Below, one piece after another: positions 17,006 through 28,953 of a stretch of DNA of 64,000 nt (position 1 is its first letter; each line of letters starts with the position of its first letter). The translations under genes and the position numbers were made by a program. The DNA comes from Escherichia phage vB_EcoM_MM02. The stretch lies in the sequence record MK373784.1; one strand, written 5' to 3'. The notes under the pieces were generated by a model, which did not search any database, was not told the DNA's origin, and was given only the letters and a program-made list of their open reading frames with translations.

Positions 17006-17581
17006 TTGTTATTTACATTCTTCGACCCAATAGGATATAGTGCTAAAACAGTTGATAAGAATGCACCTACTATTCCTATGACAGACATATTTCGTAACTA
17101 TAAAGAGTACTTTAAGCGTGTTGCTGCCAATTATAGATTACGTTCTTATTATATTAAAGGCTCTCCGCGTCCTGAAGAACTAGCAAACATAATTTATGGC
17201 AACCCTCAATTATACTGGGTCCTTTTGATGTGTAATGACAACTACGACCCGTATTATGGTTGGATTACATCTCAGGAAGCAGCGTATCAAGCTTCTATTC
17301 AGAAATATGCTAATGCAGGCGGCGACCAAATTCTTTATCATATTAACGAGAACCGTGAGAAATTTTACAATTTAGTTTCATATCCAGACGAGCCTTTAGT
17401 GTGGTACGATAAAGGTGATGAAGCTCGTAAGTATCCGCAATATAAAGGACCTTTAGCTGCAGTAGATATTTATGAAGCGGCAGTATTAGATAATGAAAAA
17501 CTTCGTAAAATAAAAATTGTTGCAAAAGAAGATATAAACTCGTTTATTACTGATTTGATTCGTGAGATGGAGATTGCATAA
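17006..17581 (+). CDS. 53: baseplate wedge protein gp53
   Basis: MLFTFFDPIGYSAKTV... matches T4 gp53 as recalled; apparent TTG start 5 nt after SD GGAGA. Confidence 0.85.
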   Translation: MLFTFFDPIGYSAKTVDKNAPTIPMTDIFRNYKEYFKRVAANYRLRSYYIKGSPRPEELANIIYGNPQLYWVLLMCNDNYDPYYGWITSQEAAYQASIQKYANAGGDQILYHINENREKFYNLVSYPDEPLVWYDKGDEARKYPQYKGPLAAVDIYEAAVLDNEKLRKIKIVAKEDINSFITDLIREMEIA

Positions 17582-19314
17582 TGGAAATGATTAGCAGTAG
17601 CCTTAATTGGTTCGTGGGTGTTGTCGAGGACAGAATGGACCCATTAAAACAAGGGCGAGTTCGAGTTCGAGTCGTTGGTCTTCATCCAGCACAGAGAGCA
17701 CAAGGTGATGTACAAGGTATTCCTACAGAAAAACTTCCATGGATGACTGTTATTCAACCTATTACGTCTGCATCAATGTCAGGTATTGGTGGTTCTGTTA
17801 CAGGTCCTGTTGAAGGAACTCGAGTATATGGTCATTTCTTAGACAAATGGAAAACAAACGGGATCGTACTTGGTACATACGGCGGAATCGTACGTGAAAA
17901 GCCTAATAGACTTGAAGGTTTTTCAGACCCGACAGGCCAGTATCCGCGACGTTTAGGTAATGATACGAACGTATTAAACCAAGGTGGTGAAGCCGGTTAT
18001 TATTCAAACTCTAACGTAATTCAAGATAACAACTTGGATTATGGTATAAACCCAGACGATACAGATTTAGCAAATATTCCAGAAGATGATGACCCTAATT
18101 TTACAATAACAGAAATGTTACGTCGTGACGAAGGTCTTCGTGATAAAGTGTATTGGGACCATCTCGGGTATCCTACAGTAGGTATTGGACACCTTATCGT
18201 AATGGAAAAGACCCGAGATATGTCTCGAATTAATAAATTGTTATCTGATCAAGTAGGGCGTGAAGTAACAGGAAATCCAGGAACTATTACATTAGAAGAA
18301 GCAACAGCGTTATTTGAGAAAGACCTTGCTAAGATGCAGAAAGACATTCGTTCTAATTCTAAAGTAGGTCCTGTTTATGCTAAAATGAACAGGTCTCGTC
18401 AAATGGCATTAGAAAACATGTGCTTCCAAATGGGCGTTGGTGGTGTAGCAAAATTCAATACTATGCTTAAAGCAATGGCCACAGGCGATTGGAAAACTGC
18501 ATACAAATCTGGACGCGATTCATTATGGTTCCAACAGACTAAAGGACGCGCTTCGCGTGTAACAACAATTATTTTAACCGGTAACATGGAATCATACGGT
18601 GTTCCTGTTAAAACACCGCCTTCACCAGGAGTTGGTGCCGATTTAGTTACTAGAAATACCGATCCAGAAGACCCGGCCGGTCCTCCTGTTCCATTAGATT
18701 CACGCATCCTTTTTAAAGAACCGGAATCAAGTTATCGTGGTGAGTATCCATACGTTCATGCTATGGAAACAGAAAGTGGTCATATCCAAGAATTTGACGA
18801 TACTCCAGGTAATGAACGTTATCGCTTAGTTCATCCAACAGGGTCATATGAGGAAGTTTCTCCGTCTGGGCGTCGTACTCGTAAAACTGTAGAAGACCTT
18901 TTTGACATCACTAATGGCGATGGGAACTTTTTGATTTCTGGCGATAAGCTTGTTAACGTTGGTGCTAATGAAATATATTATAACATGGCAGACCGCCTCC
19001 ATCAAATAGACGGCAATGACACAATCTTTATTCGTGGTAACCAATCTAAAACTGTTGAAGGCGATGGAACTCTTTACGTTAAGGGTAATATCAAAATAGT
19101 TGTTGACGGAAATGCAGATATTCTTGTTAAAGGTGATGCTAAAACTCAGGTCGAAGGGAATCATGATTACACCGTCAACGGAAACGTTAAATGGACTGTT
19201 AATGGTAATGTTGATATGACTGTTGCCGGGGATTGGGCAGAAACAATGTCTACAATGAGCTCAGTAGCTTCAGGACAATACACTGTTGACGGATCTCGTA
19301 TTGATATTGGGTAA
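17581..19314 (+). CDS. 5: baseplate hub / tail-associated lysozyme (cell-puncturing device)
   Basis: 577 aa; internal lysozyme domain DEGLRDKVYWDHLGYPTVGIGHL; C-terminal VxGxxxx beta-helix repeats; T4 gp5 is 575 aa. Confidence 0.95.
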   Translation: MEMISSSLNWFVGVVEDRMDPLKQGRVRVRVVGLHPAQRAQGDVQGIPTEKLPWMTVIQPITSASMSGIGGSVTGPVEGTRVYGHFLDKWKTNGIVLGTYGGIVREKPNRLEGFSDPTGQYPRRLGNDTNVLNQGGEAGYYSNSNVIQDNNLDYGINPDDTDLANIPEDDDPNFTITEMLRRDEGLRDKVYWDHLGYPTVGIGHLIVMEKTRDMSRINKLLSDQVGREVTGNPGTITLEEATALFEKDLAKMQKDIRSNSKVGPVYAKMNRSRQMALENMCFQMGVGGVAKFNTMLKAMATGDWKTAYKSGRDSLWFQQTKGRASRVTTIILTGNMESYGVPVKTPPSPGVGADLVTRNTDPEDPAGPPVPLDSRILFKEPESSYRGEYPYVHAMETESGHIQEFDDTPGNERYRLVHPTGSYEEVSPSGRRTRKTVEDLFDITNGDGNFLISGDKLVNVGANEIYYNMADRLHQIDGNDTIFIRGNQSKTVEGDGTLYVKGNIKIVVDGNADILVKGDAKTQVEGNHDYTVNGNVKWTVNGNVDMTVAGDWAETMSTMSSVASGQYTVDGSRIDIG

Positions 19315-19317
19315 TAT

Positions 19318-19833
19318 ATGGCACAAATACTTCCTTTAAATACCGACTTAGGAGAAGACATGGAAGGGGCGTCTATTGACGTCCTTTTTACTCCACAGTT
19401 AGAAACAACCGAAACTTTAGTGTCAATAAATATAACAGATTATGAACCGACACAAGGCATTACGGTAGATGGTAATCGTTTATATGGAACATATGAAAGT
19501 GTGTTTAGCTTTTCTTCGGACGCATTGAAATACCGATTAAATGATGATTTTGAAACCGCATCTTCATGGGATGATTTACCAAAAGATGAGTCCACACAGT
19601 TATATTTGTGGAGAGCTCCTCAGAATCTTCGTAAAGTGTTTAGTTATACGGTTGAAATGATTTATAACTACCAAGAAGAAAGTTCATCAGGCGGTTCTAG
19701 AAGTGACTCTGGTGTAGAACCTCCACCAGCTCCAGTACAAAAAACTCTTACTAAGGTTTATACAAAAACTATAGTAGGAAATTGGAGCAAATGGGCTCAT
19801 CAATTACGAAACTATGTTTATGTGAGGCCGTGA
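19318..19833 (+). CDS. 5.1: gp5.1-like protein
   Basis: 171 aa ORF directly after gene 5; by synteny. Confidence 0.55.
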   Translation: MAQILPLNTDLGEDMEGASIDVLFTPQLETTETLVSINITDYEPTQGITVDGNRLYGTYESVFSFSSDALKYRLNDDFETASSWDDLPKDESTQLYLWRAPQNLRKVFSYTVEMIYNYQEESSSGGSRSDSGVEPPPAPVQKTLTKVYTKTIVGNWSKWAHQLRNYVYVRP

Positions 19834-19835
19834 AA

Positions 19836-20129
19836 ATGTCTGGCTTAAGTTACGACAAGTGCGTTACAACAGGTCATGAAGCATGGCCTCCTACTGTAAT
19901 AAATGCTTCCCAATCTAAAGTGTTCACCGGCGGTATTCCTGTTCTTGTGGCAGGAGACCAAATAACACCTCATACAGAAATTAAAAAACCATACGAGACT
20001 CATGGAGGTGTTACTGAACCTCGTACATCTAAAGTATACGTCACCGGTAAAAAGGCCGTTCAAATGGCTGACCCAATTTCATGCGGGGATACTGTTTCTC
20101 AGGCCTCGTCAAAAGTCTTTATAAAATAG
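19836..20129 (+). CDS. 5.4: PAAR-repeat spike tip protein
   Basis: Start set at [19 protein letters not shown]; 97 aa, matches T4 gp5.4 as recalled. Confidence 0.85.
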   Translation: MSGLSYDKCVTTGHEAWPPTVINASQSKVFTGGIPVLVAGDQITPHTEIKKPYETHGGVTEPRTSKVYVTGKKAVQMADPISCGDTVSQASSKVFIK

Positions 20130-20137
20130 GAATTAAA

Positions 20138-22111
20138 ATGGCAAACACTCCTGTAAATTATCAATTAACCCGAACAGCGAATGCTATTCCCGAGATTTTT
20201 ATCGGGGGCACATTTGCCGAAATCAAACAGAACATTATTGAATGGCTCAATGGGCAGAATGAATTTCTTGATTATGATTTTGAAGGTTCACGCTTAAACG
20301 TATTGTGCGACCTTTTAGCATATAACACTCTTTACATCCAACAGTTCAGTAATAGTGCAGTGTATGAAAGTTTTATGCGTACTGCAAACTTGCGTAGTTC
20401 TGTTGTACAAGCGGCTCAAGATAACGGATATCTGCCTTCATCTAAATCAGCAGCACAAACAGAAATTATGCTCACATGTACAGATGCATTAAATAGAAAC
20501 TATATCACCATTCCACGTGGCACTCGTTTCTTAGCATACGCTAAAGATACTTCTGTTAACCCGTATAACTTTGTTTCTACTGAAGATGTCATTGTAGTTA
20601 AAGACAAAAATAACCAATATTTTCCACGTCTTCGATTAGCTCAAGGACGTATTGTTCGCACTGAATTAACATTTGATAGATTAAAACCTATCATTATTCG
20701 TGATAAGAATATTGACCGTAATTTGGTTAAGTTGTATGTTGACGGAGCAGAATGGATTAACTGGACTCGTAAGTCGATGGTTCACGCTGGTTCTACGTCA
20801 ACAATCTATTATATGCGTGAAACAGTTGATGGGAACACCGAATTTTATTTTGGTGAAGGCGAAATCTCTATTAACACGTCAGAAGGTGCGTTAACATCTA
20901 ACTATATTGGTGGCCTTAAACCTGTTCAGGGTTCTAAAATCGTAATTGAGTATATTTCTACTAATGGCGCAGATGCTAACGGTGCTGTAGGATTTTCTTA
21001 TGCTGATACATTAGCTAATATCACGGTAATCGATATTAATGAGAACCCTAGCAATAACCCAGACTTTGTTGGGGCCGACGGCGGTGGTGACCCTGAAGAT
21101 ATTGAACGTATCCGCGAATTAGGCACAATTAAACGCGAAACTCAACAACGTTGTGTAACCGCTTCCGACTATGACACATTCGTTTCTGAGCGGTTTGGTT
21201 CTATTATTCAAGCGGTTCAAACATTTACAGATTCATCTAAACCAGGGTACGCCTATATTGCTGCTAAGCCTAAATCTGGATTGTATTTGACTTCTGTCCA
21301 ACGTGATGATATCAAAAACTATTTGAATGATTATAACTTAGGGACTATTACACCTGTTGTTATTTCGCCTGATTATTTGTTTATCAAAATGAATATCAAA
21401 GTTACATACGCGTTGAATAAACTCCAAGAATCAGAACAATATCTTGAAGGGCAGATTATTAATAAAATTGACCGTTATTATATTGAAGATGTAGAAATTT
21501 TTAACTCATCGTTTGCAAAATCTAAAATGCTAACTTATGTCGATGATGCAGATATTTCTATTATTGGTTCTTCAGCTACTATTCAAATGGTTCGCGAAGT
21601 ACAAAACTTCTATAAAACGCCTGAGGCCGGTATTAAATACAATAATCAGATTAAAGATAGATCGATGGAATCTAATATATTCTCGTTTGATTCGCACAGA
21701 CCTAATCCAGAAAATGCAAACGAAACTATTAAATATGGTGTTCGCATAGTATCTTCTGACCGTAATGACCGTGGCATAGGTCAAGTTATTATTGGTCCAT
21801 TTGCAGATGGCGATGTTGTTGAAAACGAAAATATACAACCTTATACAGGTAATGATTTTAATAAACTTACTGTTACTGACGGACGAAACAAATACTATTC
21901 AATTGGTGAAGTGAATTATCCTGCCGATTCGATTTATTGGAACATTGCTAAAATTGACCTCACTTCAGACCGTTTTGAAGTTCAAACAATTGAACTTTAT
22001 TCCGACCCTGCAGATGATATTATTTTTACAAAGGATGGTTCTTTAATCGTATTCGAAAATGACTTACGTCCTCAGTACTTAACTATAGATTTGGAGCCTA
22101 TTTCACAATGA
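20138..22111 (+). CDS. 6: baseplate wedge protein gp6
   Basis: Start set at MANTPVNYQLTR (T4 gp6 N-terminus); about 657 aa. Confidence 0.9.
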   Translation: MANTPVNYQLTRTANAIPEIFIGGTFAEIKQNIIEWLNGQNEFLDYDFEGSRLNVLCDLLAYNTLYIQQFSNSAVYESFMRTANLRSSVVQAAQDNGYLPSSKSAAQTEIMLTCTDALNRNYITIPRGTRFLAYAKDTSVNPYNFVSTEDVIVVKDKNNQYFPRLRLAQGRIVRTELTFDRLKPIIIRDKNIDRNLVKLYVDGAEWINWTRKSMVHAGSTSTIYYMRETVDGNTEFYFGEGEISINTSEGALTSNYIGGLKPVQGSKIVIEYISTNGADANGAVGFSYADTLANITVIDINENPSNNPDFVGADGGGDPEDIERIRELGTIKRETQQRCVTASDYDTFVSERFGSIIQAVQTFTDSSKPGYAYIAAKPKSGLYLTSVQRDDIKNYLNDYNLGTITPVVISPDYLFIKMNIKVTYALNKLQESEQYLEGQIINKIDRYYIEDVEIFNSSFAKSKMLTYVDDADISIIGSSATIQMVREVQNFYKTPEAGIKYNNQIKDRSMESNIFSFDSHRPNPENANETIKYGVRIVSSDRNDRGIGQVIIGPFADGDVVENENIQPYTGNDFNKLTVTDGRNKYYSIGEVNYPADSIYWNIAKIDLTSDRFEVQTIELYSDPADDIIFTKDGSLIVFENDLRPQYLTIDLEPISQ

Positions 22112-25100
22112 CAGTAAAAGCGCCAGCAGTCACAAGTCTCAGAATATCCAAGTTGTCCGCTAACCAAGTTCAAATACGCTGGGATGACGTTGGTGCTAAT
22201 TTCTACTATTTCGTAGAAATCGCTGAGACTAAAACGGCAGACGGTGAAATAATTCCCCCTGCCAGCTACAGATGGATAAATTTAGGATATACTCCTAATA
22301 GCAACTGGTTCGAAAGTAGCTTAGACCCATTAACTTCTTATATTATTCGTGTATCAACTGCCGCCGAAGGCTTCGAGAGATCTGATTGGGTATATACCGA
22401 AATATTTGAATCATTTCAGACTAACGCGTATACATTTCAACATATGATTGAAATGCAATTGGCTAACACTTTTATTAGAGAAAAATTTACAAATAACAAC
22501 ATGGCTTATGTCGATTTTAATAACGACACTATAATGGCAGCTCTAATGAATGAATCGTTCCAATTTAGCCCTGCTTATGCGGATATTTCATCTATTAAAA
22601 ATTTCATTATTGGCGAAAATGAGTATCATGAAATTCAAGGTTCGATTCAACAGGTGTGTCATGATATAAACCGTGTTTATTTGATGGAATCCGAAGGAAT
22701 TCTTTATTTGTTTGAACGGTATCAGCCTGTGGTTAAAGTCTCTAATGATAAGGGACAAACCTGGAAATCGGTTAAATTGTTTAATGACCGTGTAGGGTAC
22801 CCTGTATCAAGAACAGTGTATTACCAGACAGGTTATACCACGTATGTTCTTGGGTATGATAAATTATTTTACGGCCGTAAATCAACTGACGTTCGTTGGT
22901 CTGCTGATGATGTGAGATTTAGTTCTCAAGATATAACATTTGCTAAAATTGGTGACCAGTTAAATTTAGGATTTGATGTAGAAATATTTGGTAACTACGC
23001 ATCATTACCTGCTAACGTATCACGTATTGCAGAAGCTATCGTTTGCAACGACGATTATGTATACGTTGCTGCTCGAGATAAAGTTCGTTTTATTAAAACT
23101 AGTAATGCCCCTATTGATTCAGACCCGTTATCTCCGACATATTCCGAACGTTTGTTTGAACAAGAAACATTTAACATCACAGGTAACCCTAAGGCAGTTT
23201 GCTATAAAATGGATTCTGTTGGCGGTAAAATATTTGCACTGATTATCGGCGAAGTTGTTAATCTTAATGACGACCCGAGGACCACTCCTATTGTTGATTC
23301 TGCTGATAAGGGCGTTTACGTTCTAGACCATGATGCTGGCACATTTAAACGTGTGTTTGGTAATACTGAAGAAGAACGCCGTCGTATTGAACCTGGGTAC
23401 ACCAGTATGTCTACTGATGGTGTTGAGTTATCTATTTCATCTAGTAATTTTAAATTTCTAGAATCGGATATTGTTGATGACCCAAAAACACAAATCAAGT
23501 ACGGTTTAATCGGTGCTGTTAAATATGAGTATCCTCGCGAATGGTTGGCTGATAAACATTATCATATGATGGCATTTATTTCAACTGAAGACTCTCAATG
23601 GGAATCGTTCACTCCTCAACCGATGGAATACTATGCTGAGCCATTCTTTAGTTATTCTAGAAAGTCCGGTACTCGATGTTGGATTAATAACTCAGACAAG
23701 GCTGTTGTAATTTATTCTGATTTACTTTACACTAAGGTTATTGAGAATCATCCACTTAGTTCTTCAGACCGTGAAGTTCATGAATATTGGAAGGACGGTG
23801 ACTGTACAATAGTGATGCCTAACGTAGATTTCACCGGATTTAAAAAATATGCATCCGGCATGATTTTCTATAAATCATCAGGTGAGATTATTTCTTATTA
23901 TGATTTTAGTTATCGTGTTAGAGATAATGTTTCTATAATTTGGAAGCCTACTAATATATTCTTAACAGCATCGTTACAAAACCAAGAAAAAGATACCACA
24001 TGGACTCCTGTAGAAGAGAATGGTATTGCAGACCCAGATTTACGACCATTGCTCACTACAATGATGCCGGAGTCTTATCTTTTAGATAATACAAACTTCG
24101 AAGCATTCTGCGAGGCTTATATTCAGTATCTTTCTGACGGTTATGGGACCCATTATAACAACCTTTTGAATCTTATTAAAAATCAATATCCGCGCGAAGA
24201 ACATGCGTGGGAATATTTATGGTCTGAGATTTATAAACGAAACATTTACTTAAACGCCGAAAAACGCGATTTAGTGTCTCGTTTCTTTGAATCAAGAAGT
24301 TATGACTTCTATTCAACTAAAGGAACTGAAGCGTCATATAAATTCTTGTTTAAAGTGCTTTATAACGAAGATGTTGAAATTGAAATTGAATCTAGTTCCG
24401 GGACCGAATATGATATCATCATTGAATCTGATTCGTTGACAGAAGATTTGGTCGGACAAACCATATACACCGCTACAGGACGTTGTAATGTGACGTATAT
24501 CGAGAGAAGTTACTCTAAAGGTAAATTACAATGGACTGTAACAATTCACAACCTCTTAGGTCGTTTAATCCAAGGGCAGGAAGTTAAAGCTGAAAGACTC
24601 CCTGGTTTTGAAGGTGAAATTGTTCGTGGTATTAAAGGTAAAGAGCTTTCTCAGAACAACATCGATTACATAAATCGTGGTAGAGCATACTACGTAATGA
24701 AGATTAAATCTAAACTTCCATCATCTCGTTGGAAATCAGACGTATTACGTTTTGTTCATCCGGTTGGATTTGGATTTATCGCAATTACCCTTCTCACAAT
24801 GTTTATTAACACCGGATTAACACTTAAACATGTTGAAACCATTATTAATAAATACAAAAACTATAAGTGGGATTCTGGATTACCGACTAAATATGCAGAC
24901 CGAGTGGCTAAATTAGACCCACAAGGAAATGTTGAGTTTGACCCTATTACAGGTAAAGCGATATATGAAATAGGCCCTATGGCTGGTCAAGATTATCCAT
25001 TGCCTGAAGATTATAACGCTGAAAACAATAACTCCATATTTCAAGGTCAACTTCCATCGGAACGACGTAAACTGATGAGCCCATTATTTGATGCGTCCGG

Positions 25101-25206
25101 AACAACATTCTCTAGATTTAGAGATTTGGTTGAACAACGGTTAATCGATAATGTAGGAAATCCAAGAGACCCCGTGAATCCACCACAGGTTAAATTAGAT
25201 GAATGA
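22108..25206 (+). CDS. 7: baseplate wedge protein gp7
   Basis: 1032 aa, same length as T4 gp7; conserved position. Confidence 0.9.
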   Translation: MTVKAPAVTSLRISKLSANQVQIRWDDVGANFYYFVEIAETKTADGEIIPPASYRWINLGYTPNSNWFESSLDPLTSYIIRVSTAAEGFERSDWVYTEIFESFQTNAYTFQHMIEMQLANTFIREKFTNNNMAYVDFNNDTIMAALMNESFQFSPAYADISSIKNFIIGENEYHEIQGSIQQVCHDINRVYLMESEGILYLFERYQPVVKVSNDKGQTWKSVKLFNDRVGYPVSRTVYYQTGYTTYVLGYDKLFYGRKSTDVRWSADDVRFSSQDITFAKIGDQLNLGFDVEIFGNYASLPANVSRIAEAIVCNDDYVYVAARDKVRFIKTSNAPIDSDPLSPTYSERLFEQETFNITGNPKAVCYKMDSVGGKIFALIIGEVVNLNDDPRTTPIVDSADKGVYVLDHDAGTFKRVFGNTEEERRRIEPGYTSMSTDGVELSISSSNFKFLESDIVDDPKTQIKYGLIGAVKYEYPREWLADKHYHMMAFISTEDSQWESFTPQPMEYYAEPFFSYSRKSGTRCWINNSDKAVVIYSDLLYTKVIENHPLSSSDREVHEYWKDGDCTIVMPNVDFTGFKKYASGMIFYKSSGEIISYYDFSYRVRDNVSIIWKPTNIFLTASLQNQEKDTTWTPVEENGIADPDLRPLLTTMMPESYLLDNTNFEAFCEAYIQYLSDGYGTHYNNLLNLIKNQYPREEHAWEYLWSEIYKRNIYLNAEKRDLVSRFFESRSYDFYSTKGTEASYKFLFKVLYNEDVEIEIESSSGTEYDIIIESDSLTEDLVGQTIYTATGRCNVTYIERSYSKGKLQWTVTIHNLLGRLIQGQEVKAERLPGFEGEIVRGIKGKELSQNNIDYINRGRAYYVMKIKSKLPSSRWKSDVLRFVHPVGFGFIAITLLTMFINTGLTLKHVETIINKYKNYKWDSGLPTKYADRVAKLDPQGNVEFDPITGKAIYEIGPMAGQDYPLPEDYNAENNNSIFQGQLPSERRKLMSPLFDASGTTFSRFRDLVEQRLIDNVGNPRDPVNPPQVKLDE

Positions 25207-26203
25207 TTCAAGTGTTATCTATCGTGCAATAGTTACATCAAAATTTAGAACAGAGAAAATGCTGAATTTTTATAATTCAGTTGGGGATGGAGATGATAAG
25301 AACTCCATTTATATTACGTTTGGACGTTCAGAGCCTTGGGCGTCAAATGAAAATGAGGTGGGCTTCGCCCCACCTTATCCTACAGATTCTGTTCTTGGTG
25401 TTACTGATATGTGGACCCATATGATGGGTACCGTTAAAGTTTTACCTTCAATGTTAGATTCTGTTATTCCTAGACGTGATTGGGGAGATGTGCGATATCC
25501 AGACCCTTACACGTTTAGAATTAACGATATAGTCGCATGTAATACTGCTCCGTACAACGCGACAGAAGTTGGAGCTGGTTGGTTAATTTACCGTTGTTTA
25601 GATGTCCCTGACGTAGGGCTCTGTTCAATAGAATCTTTAGATAATAAAGATGAATGTCTTAAATTGGGTGGTAAATGGACTCCGTCTGTTCGTTCTATGT
25701 CTCCTCCTGAAGGCAGAGGCGATGCTAATGGGGTTATCGAAACCGGTGATGGATATATTTGGGAATATCTTTATGAGATTCCTGCTGATGTGTCAATTAA
25801 CCGTTGCACTAACGAATATCTTGTAGTTCCATGGCCGGAAGAAATTAAAGAAGACCCCACCCGTTGGGGATATGAAAATAACTTAACTTGGCAACAAGAT
25901 GACTACGGTTTGATTTACCGTGTTAAAGCTAATACGATGCGGTTTAAAGCATATTTTGATTCTGTTTATTTCCCTGAGGCAGCTTTGCCTGGTAACAAGG
26001 GTTTTAGACAGATATCAATTATCGCAAACCCGTTAGAAGCTAAGAAAAATCCAAATGACCCTAATATTAAAGCAGAAAAGGATTATTACGACCCTAGAGA
26101 CCTGCAACGTCATTCCGGTGAAATGATTTATATGGAAAACCGACCACCTGTTATTATGGCAATGGACCAAACAGAAGAAATTAACATTTTGTTTATGTTT
26201 TAA
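25199..26203 (+). CDS. 8: baseplate wedge protein gp8
   Basis: 334 aa, same as T4 gp8; synteny. Confidence 0.9.
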   Translation: MNDSSVIYRAIVTSKFRTEKMLNFYNSVGDGDDKNSIYITFGRSEPWASNENEVGFAPPYPTDSVLGVTDMWTHMMGTVKVLPSMLDSVIPRRDWGDVRYPDPYTFRINDIVACNTAPYNATEVGAGWLIYRCLDVPDVGLCSIESLDNKDECLKLGGKWTPSVRSMSPPEGRGDANGVIETGDGYIWEYLYEIPADVSINRCTNEYLVVPWPEEIKEDPTRWGYENNLTWQQDDYGLIYRVKANTMRFKAYFDSVYFPEAALPGNKGFRQISIIANPLEAKKNPNDPNIKAEKDYYDPRDLQRHSGEMIYMENRPPVIMAMDQTEEINILFMF

Positions 26204-26206
26204 TTA

Positions 26207-26231
26207 GGGAGCCTTCGGGCTCCCATTTTTG
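26207..26231 (+). terminator. intrinsic terminator after gene 8
   Basis: GGGAGCC-TTCG-GGCTCCC 7-bp stem, UUCG loop, then ATTTTTG. Confidence 0.7.
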
Positions 26232-26235
26232 TATC

Positions 26236-26243
26236 TATAAATA
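26236..26243 (+). promoter_or_regulatory. late promoter TATAAATA
   Basis: Exact TATAAATA 33 nt upstream of gene 9 start. Confidence 0.6.
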
Positions 26244-26275
26244 GAATATAATATCGGACAACAAAAGGCAGAATT

Positions 26276-27148
26276 ATGGCATTTTTTAAGCAAACTCCTA
26301 AACAATTAATCGATACCGGCGAAATTGGTAATGCCTCAACAGGTGATATCTTATTCGACGGTGGTAATAAAATAAATGACGATATCAACGCTATTTACAA
26401 TGCATTTGGCGATCAACGTAAAATGGCCGTAGCAGATGGAACCGGACCTACAGGTCAAACTATTCATGCCACAGGTTATTATCAAAAAGGAAAGGCGGTC
26501 GATTATCAAACTCCTATTAAACCAGGCACCATGCATGATATTGATGCTTCTGATGGTGGTGTGATTGTTATTATCGACCGTCCTGAATTAGGTGACTCTG
26601 TAGAATTCATAAACTCTAATGGGTCTATTTCTGTTAACAATCCTTTAAGTATCCAAGTAACCGATGGTTCGATTAAAGGTGTTCTTAATAATCTTGTTAT
26701 TTCAACCCCTTATACCCATGTTGTTCTTCGTTGTGTTGAACTTAACGGGCCAACTTCAGTATGGAATTATTCTACTGATAGCATGTTTGGGCAGAAAGAA
26801 TCTCCTGTCGATGGGACTTGGAGTCTTACAGGAAACTCAGTTTCTATTCCTCTGTTTTATCGCACAGATTATAACATGGCTAAATTGCTTGTTACATGCC
26901 AATCCGCAGACGGTAGAAAAATAAAAACATGCGAAATAAATATTCTAATAGATACAATTAACTCGGAAGTTCTTTCTACCGAATTTGCAGTAATGCGAGT
27001 TGGTAATGTAGATGAAACCGACGAGATTGCTAATATTAGCTTTAGTATTATTAACAACTTTGCTACTATGACGATTACATCCGATATTATTGGATTACGT
27101 TCGGCAGTTAAAATTATCTCAACTCAGAAAATTGGGGTCGCTCAATAA
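26276..27148 (+). CDS. 9: baseplate protein gp9 (long tail fibre socket)
   Basis: 290 aa (T4 gp9 is 288); synteny. Confidence 0.85.
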   Translation: MAFFKQTPKQLIDTGEIGNASTGDILFDGGNKINDDINAIYNAFGDQRKMAVADGTGPTGQTIHATGYYQKGKAVDYQTPIKPGTMHDIDASDGGVIVIIDRPELGDSVEFINSNGSISVNNPLSIQVTDGSIKGVLNNLVISTPYTHVVLRCVELNGPTSVWNYSTDSMFGQKESPVDGTWSLTGNSVSIPLFYRTDYNMAKLLVTCQSADGRKIKTCEINILIDTINSEVLSTEFAVMRVGNVDETDEIANISFSIINNFATMTITSDIIGLRSAVKIISTQKIGVAQ

Positions 27149-28953
27149 TGAAACAAAATATTAAAATTGGTAACGTCGTTGATGACGGACAAGGCGATTA
27201 CCTTCGTCGAGGTGGTGAAAAAATAAATGAGAACTTTGACGAAATCTATTATGAATTAGGTGATGGTGAAGTTCCTTATGCCGCTGGCGCATGGAAGACT
27301 TATGATGCGGCTGATGGTCTTAATCTTAAGGCTGCTTGGGGTAAATCTTATGCAATTAATACTACTTCTGGGCGAGTTTCGGTAAATCTTCCTAAAGGGA
27401 CAATTGCAGACTATAATAAAGTTATTCGTGCTCGTGACGTATTTGCAACTTGGAACATTAACCCTGTTACTTTAATTCCGGCAAACGGAGACACGATTAA
27501 AGGTTCTTCATCTCCGGTAGAAATTAACGTTCAGTTCTCTGATTTAGAATTAGTTTATTGTGCTCCTGGACGTTGGGAATACATCAAGAACAAACAAATT
27601 GATAAAATAGTTAGCTCTGACATTAGTAATGTTGCTCGTAGAGAATATCTGGTTGAAACCCAAGGTCAGACCGATTTCATGGATGTTTTTAACGGTACCT
27701 CTTATAACGTTAACAACATTCGCGTAAAACATCGTGGCAACGAATTGTATTATGGTGATGTATTCAGTGATAATAGTGATTTTGGTTCTCCAGGCGCTAA
27801 TCCTGGTGAACTGGTTGCACTTGATGGATTTAATATTAGATTACGCCAACCATGTAATGTTGGAGACACTGTACAAATTGAGACATTCCTAGATGGTGTT
27901 TCTCAGTGGCGTAGTTCATATACTCGTCGCCAAGTTCGCATTTTAGATAGTAAATTGACTGCTAAAAAGTCTATTGACGGAAGTATTTACGTCACTGATT
28001 TGAGTACATTCAGGTCTATTCCATTTACAGCATTTGGTATTAATCCTACAGAACCACCTAACCCGAATTCATTAGAAGTTCGCTTCAATGGTATTCTCCA
28101 AGAATTAGCGGGTACTGTTGGAACTCCTATTTTCCGTTGTGAAGGTGTGGATGCTGATTCTGAAGAGTCATGCGCTAATCTCGGTGGGACATGGACTCAA
28201 TCGTATACAGATTATGCGATTGAATATACTGATAATATCCCTAGCGCAATTCTGTTTGACCGTCAATTTGAAGACCAAGACATTATTACCATCACATGGT
28301 TTAATAACGATTTAGGAACTCTTCTTGAAATGGAAGAAATTCTTGATGTCGCTGATGAGAAATATGTTTCTCAAGGGTCTAACATTGAAATTACTGGTGA
28401 CGTTGCATTAACCGATTTCGATAAAATTGGATGGCCTAATGTAGAACCTGTTCCTAAGTATGAACGTGAATTCTCGACTATCTCAGCAATATTTGATACA
28501 ATTTATCCTGTCGGGACTATTTACGAAAATGCGGTTAACCCTAATAATCCGGCCACTTATTTAGGTTTTGGTTCATGGAAAATTTGGGGACAAGGCAAAG
28601 TATTAGCAGGTTGGAATGACGACGCGTCGGATCCTAATTTTGCATTAAATAATAATGACCTTGACGTCAATGGTAACCCTACTCATACCGCAGGTGGTAC
28701 CGTTGGTGTAACAACCATCACATTAGAAAATGCTGATTTACCGGCTACACAAACCGATGAAAAGGTTCTTATTTCTGATGATAATGGTACAGTAATTATA
28801 GGCGGTTGCCAATACGACCCGGATGAAGAAGGTCCTATTTACACTAAATATCGTGAAGACCATGCAAAGACTAATGGATCTCATGTTCCAGCGCGTTCTA
28901 TAACTAATATTCAGCCATCTATAACTGTATACCGTTGGGTAAGGATTGCATAA
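27148..28953 (+). CDS. 10: baseplate wedge / tail pin protein gp10
   Basis: 601 aa (T4 gp10 is 602); synteny. Confidence 0.9.
   Translation: MKQNIKIGNVVDDGQGDYLRRGGEKINENFDEIYYELGDGEVPYAAGAWKTYDAADGLNLKAAWGKSYAINTTSGRVSVNLPKGTIADYNKVIRARDVFATWNINPVTLIPANGDTIKGSSSPVEINVQFSDLELVYCAPGRWEYIKNKQIDKIVSSDISNVARREYLVETQGQTDFMDVFNGTSYNVNNIRVKHRGNELYYGDVFSDNSDFGSPGANPGELVALDGFNIRLRQPCNVGDTVQIETFLDGVSQWRSSYTRRQVRILDSKLTAKKSIDGSIYVTDLSTFRSIPFTAFGINPTEPPNPNSLEVRFNGILQELAGTVGTPIFRCEGVDADSEESCANLGGTWTQSYTDYAIEYTDNIPSAILFDRQFEDQDIITITWFNNDLGTLLEMEEILDVADEKYVSQGSNIEITGDVALTDFDKIGWPNVEPVPKYEREFSTISAIFDTIYPVGTIYENAVNPNNPATYLGFGSWKIWGQGKVLAGWNDDASDPNFALNNNDLDVNGNPTHTAGGTVGVTTITLENADLPATQTDEKVLISDDNGTVIIGGCQYDPDEEGPIYTKYREDHAKTNGSHVPARSITNIQPSITVYRWVRIA

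Noticed and set aside
18399-18707. 102-aa ORF on the minus strand inside gene 5
   Set aside because: It lies antisense within a strongly conserved structural gene and has no SD; the same holds for other antisense ORFs inside genes 12, 17, 18, 22, 23, alt, uvsW and others (for example 30247-30570, 43326-43670, 43986-44570, 62711-63028).
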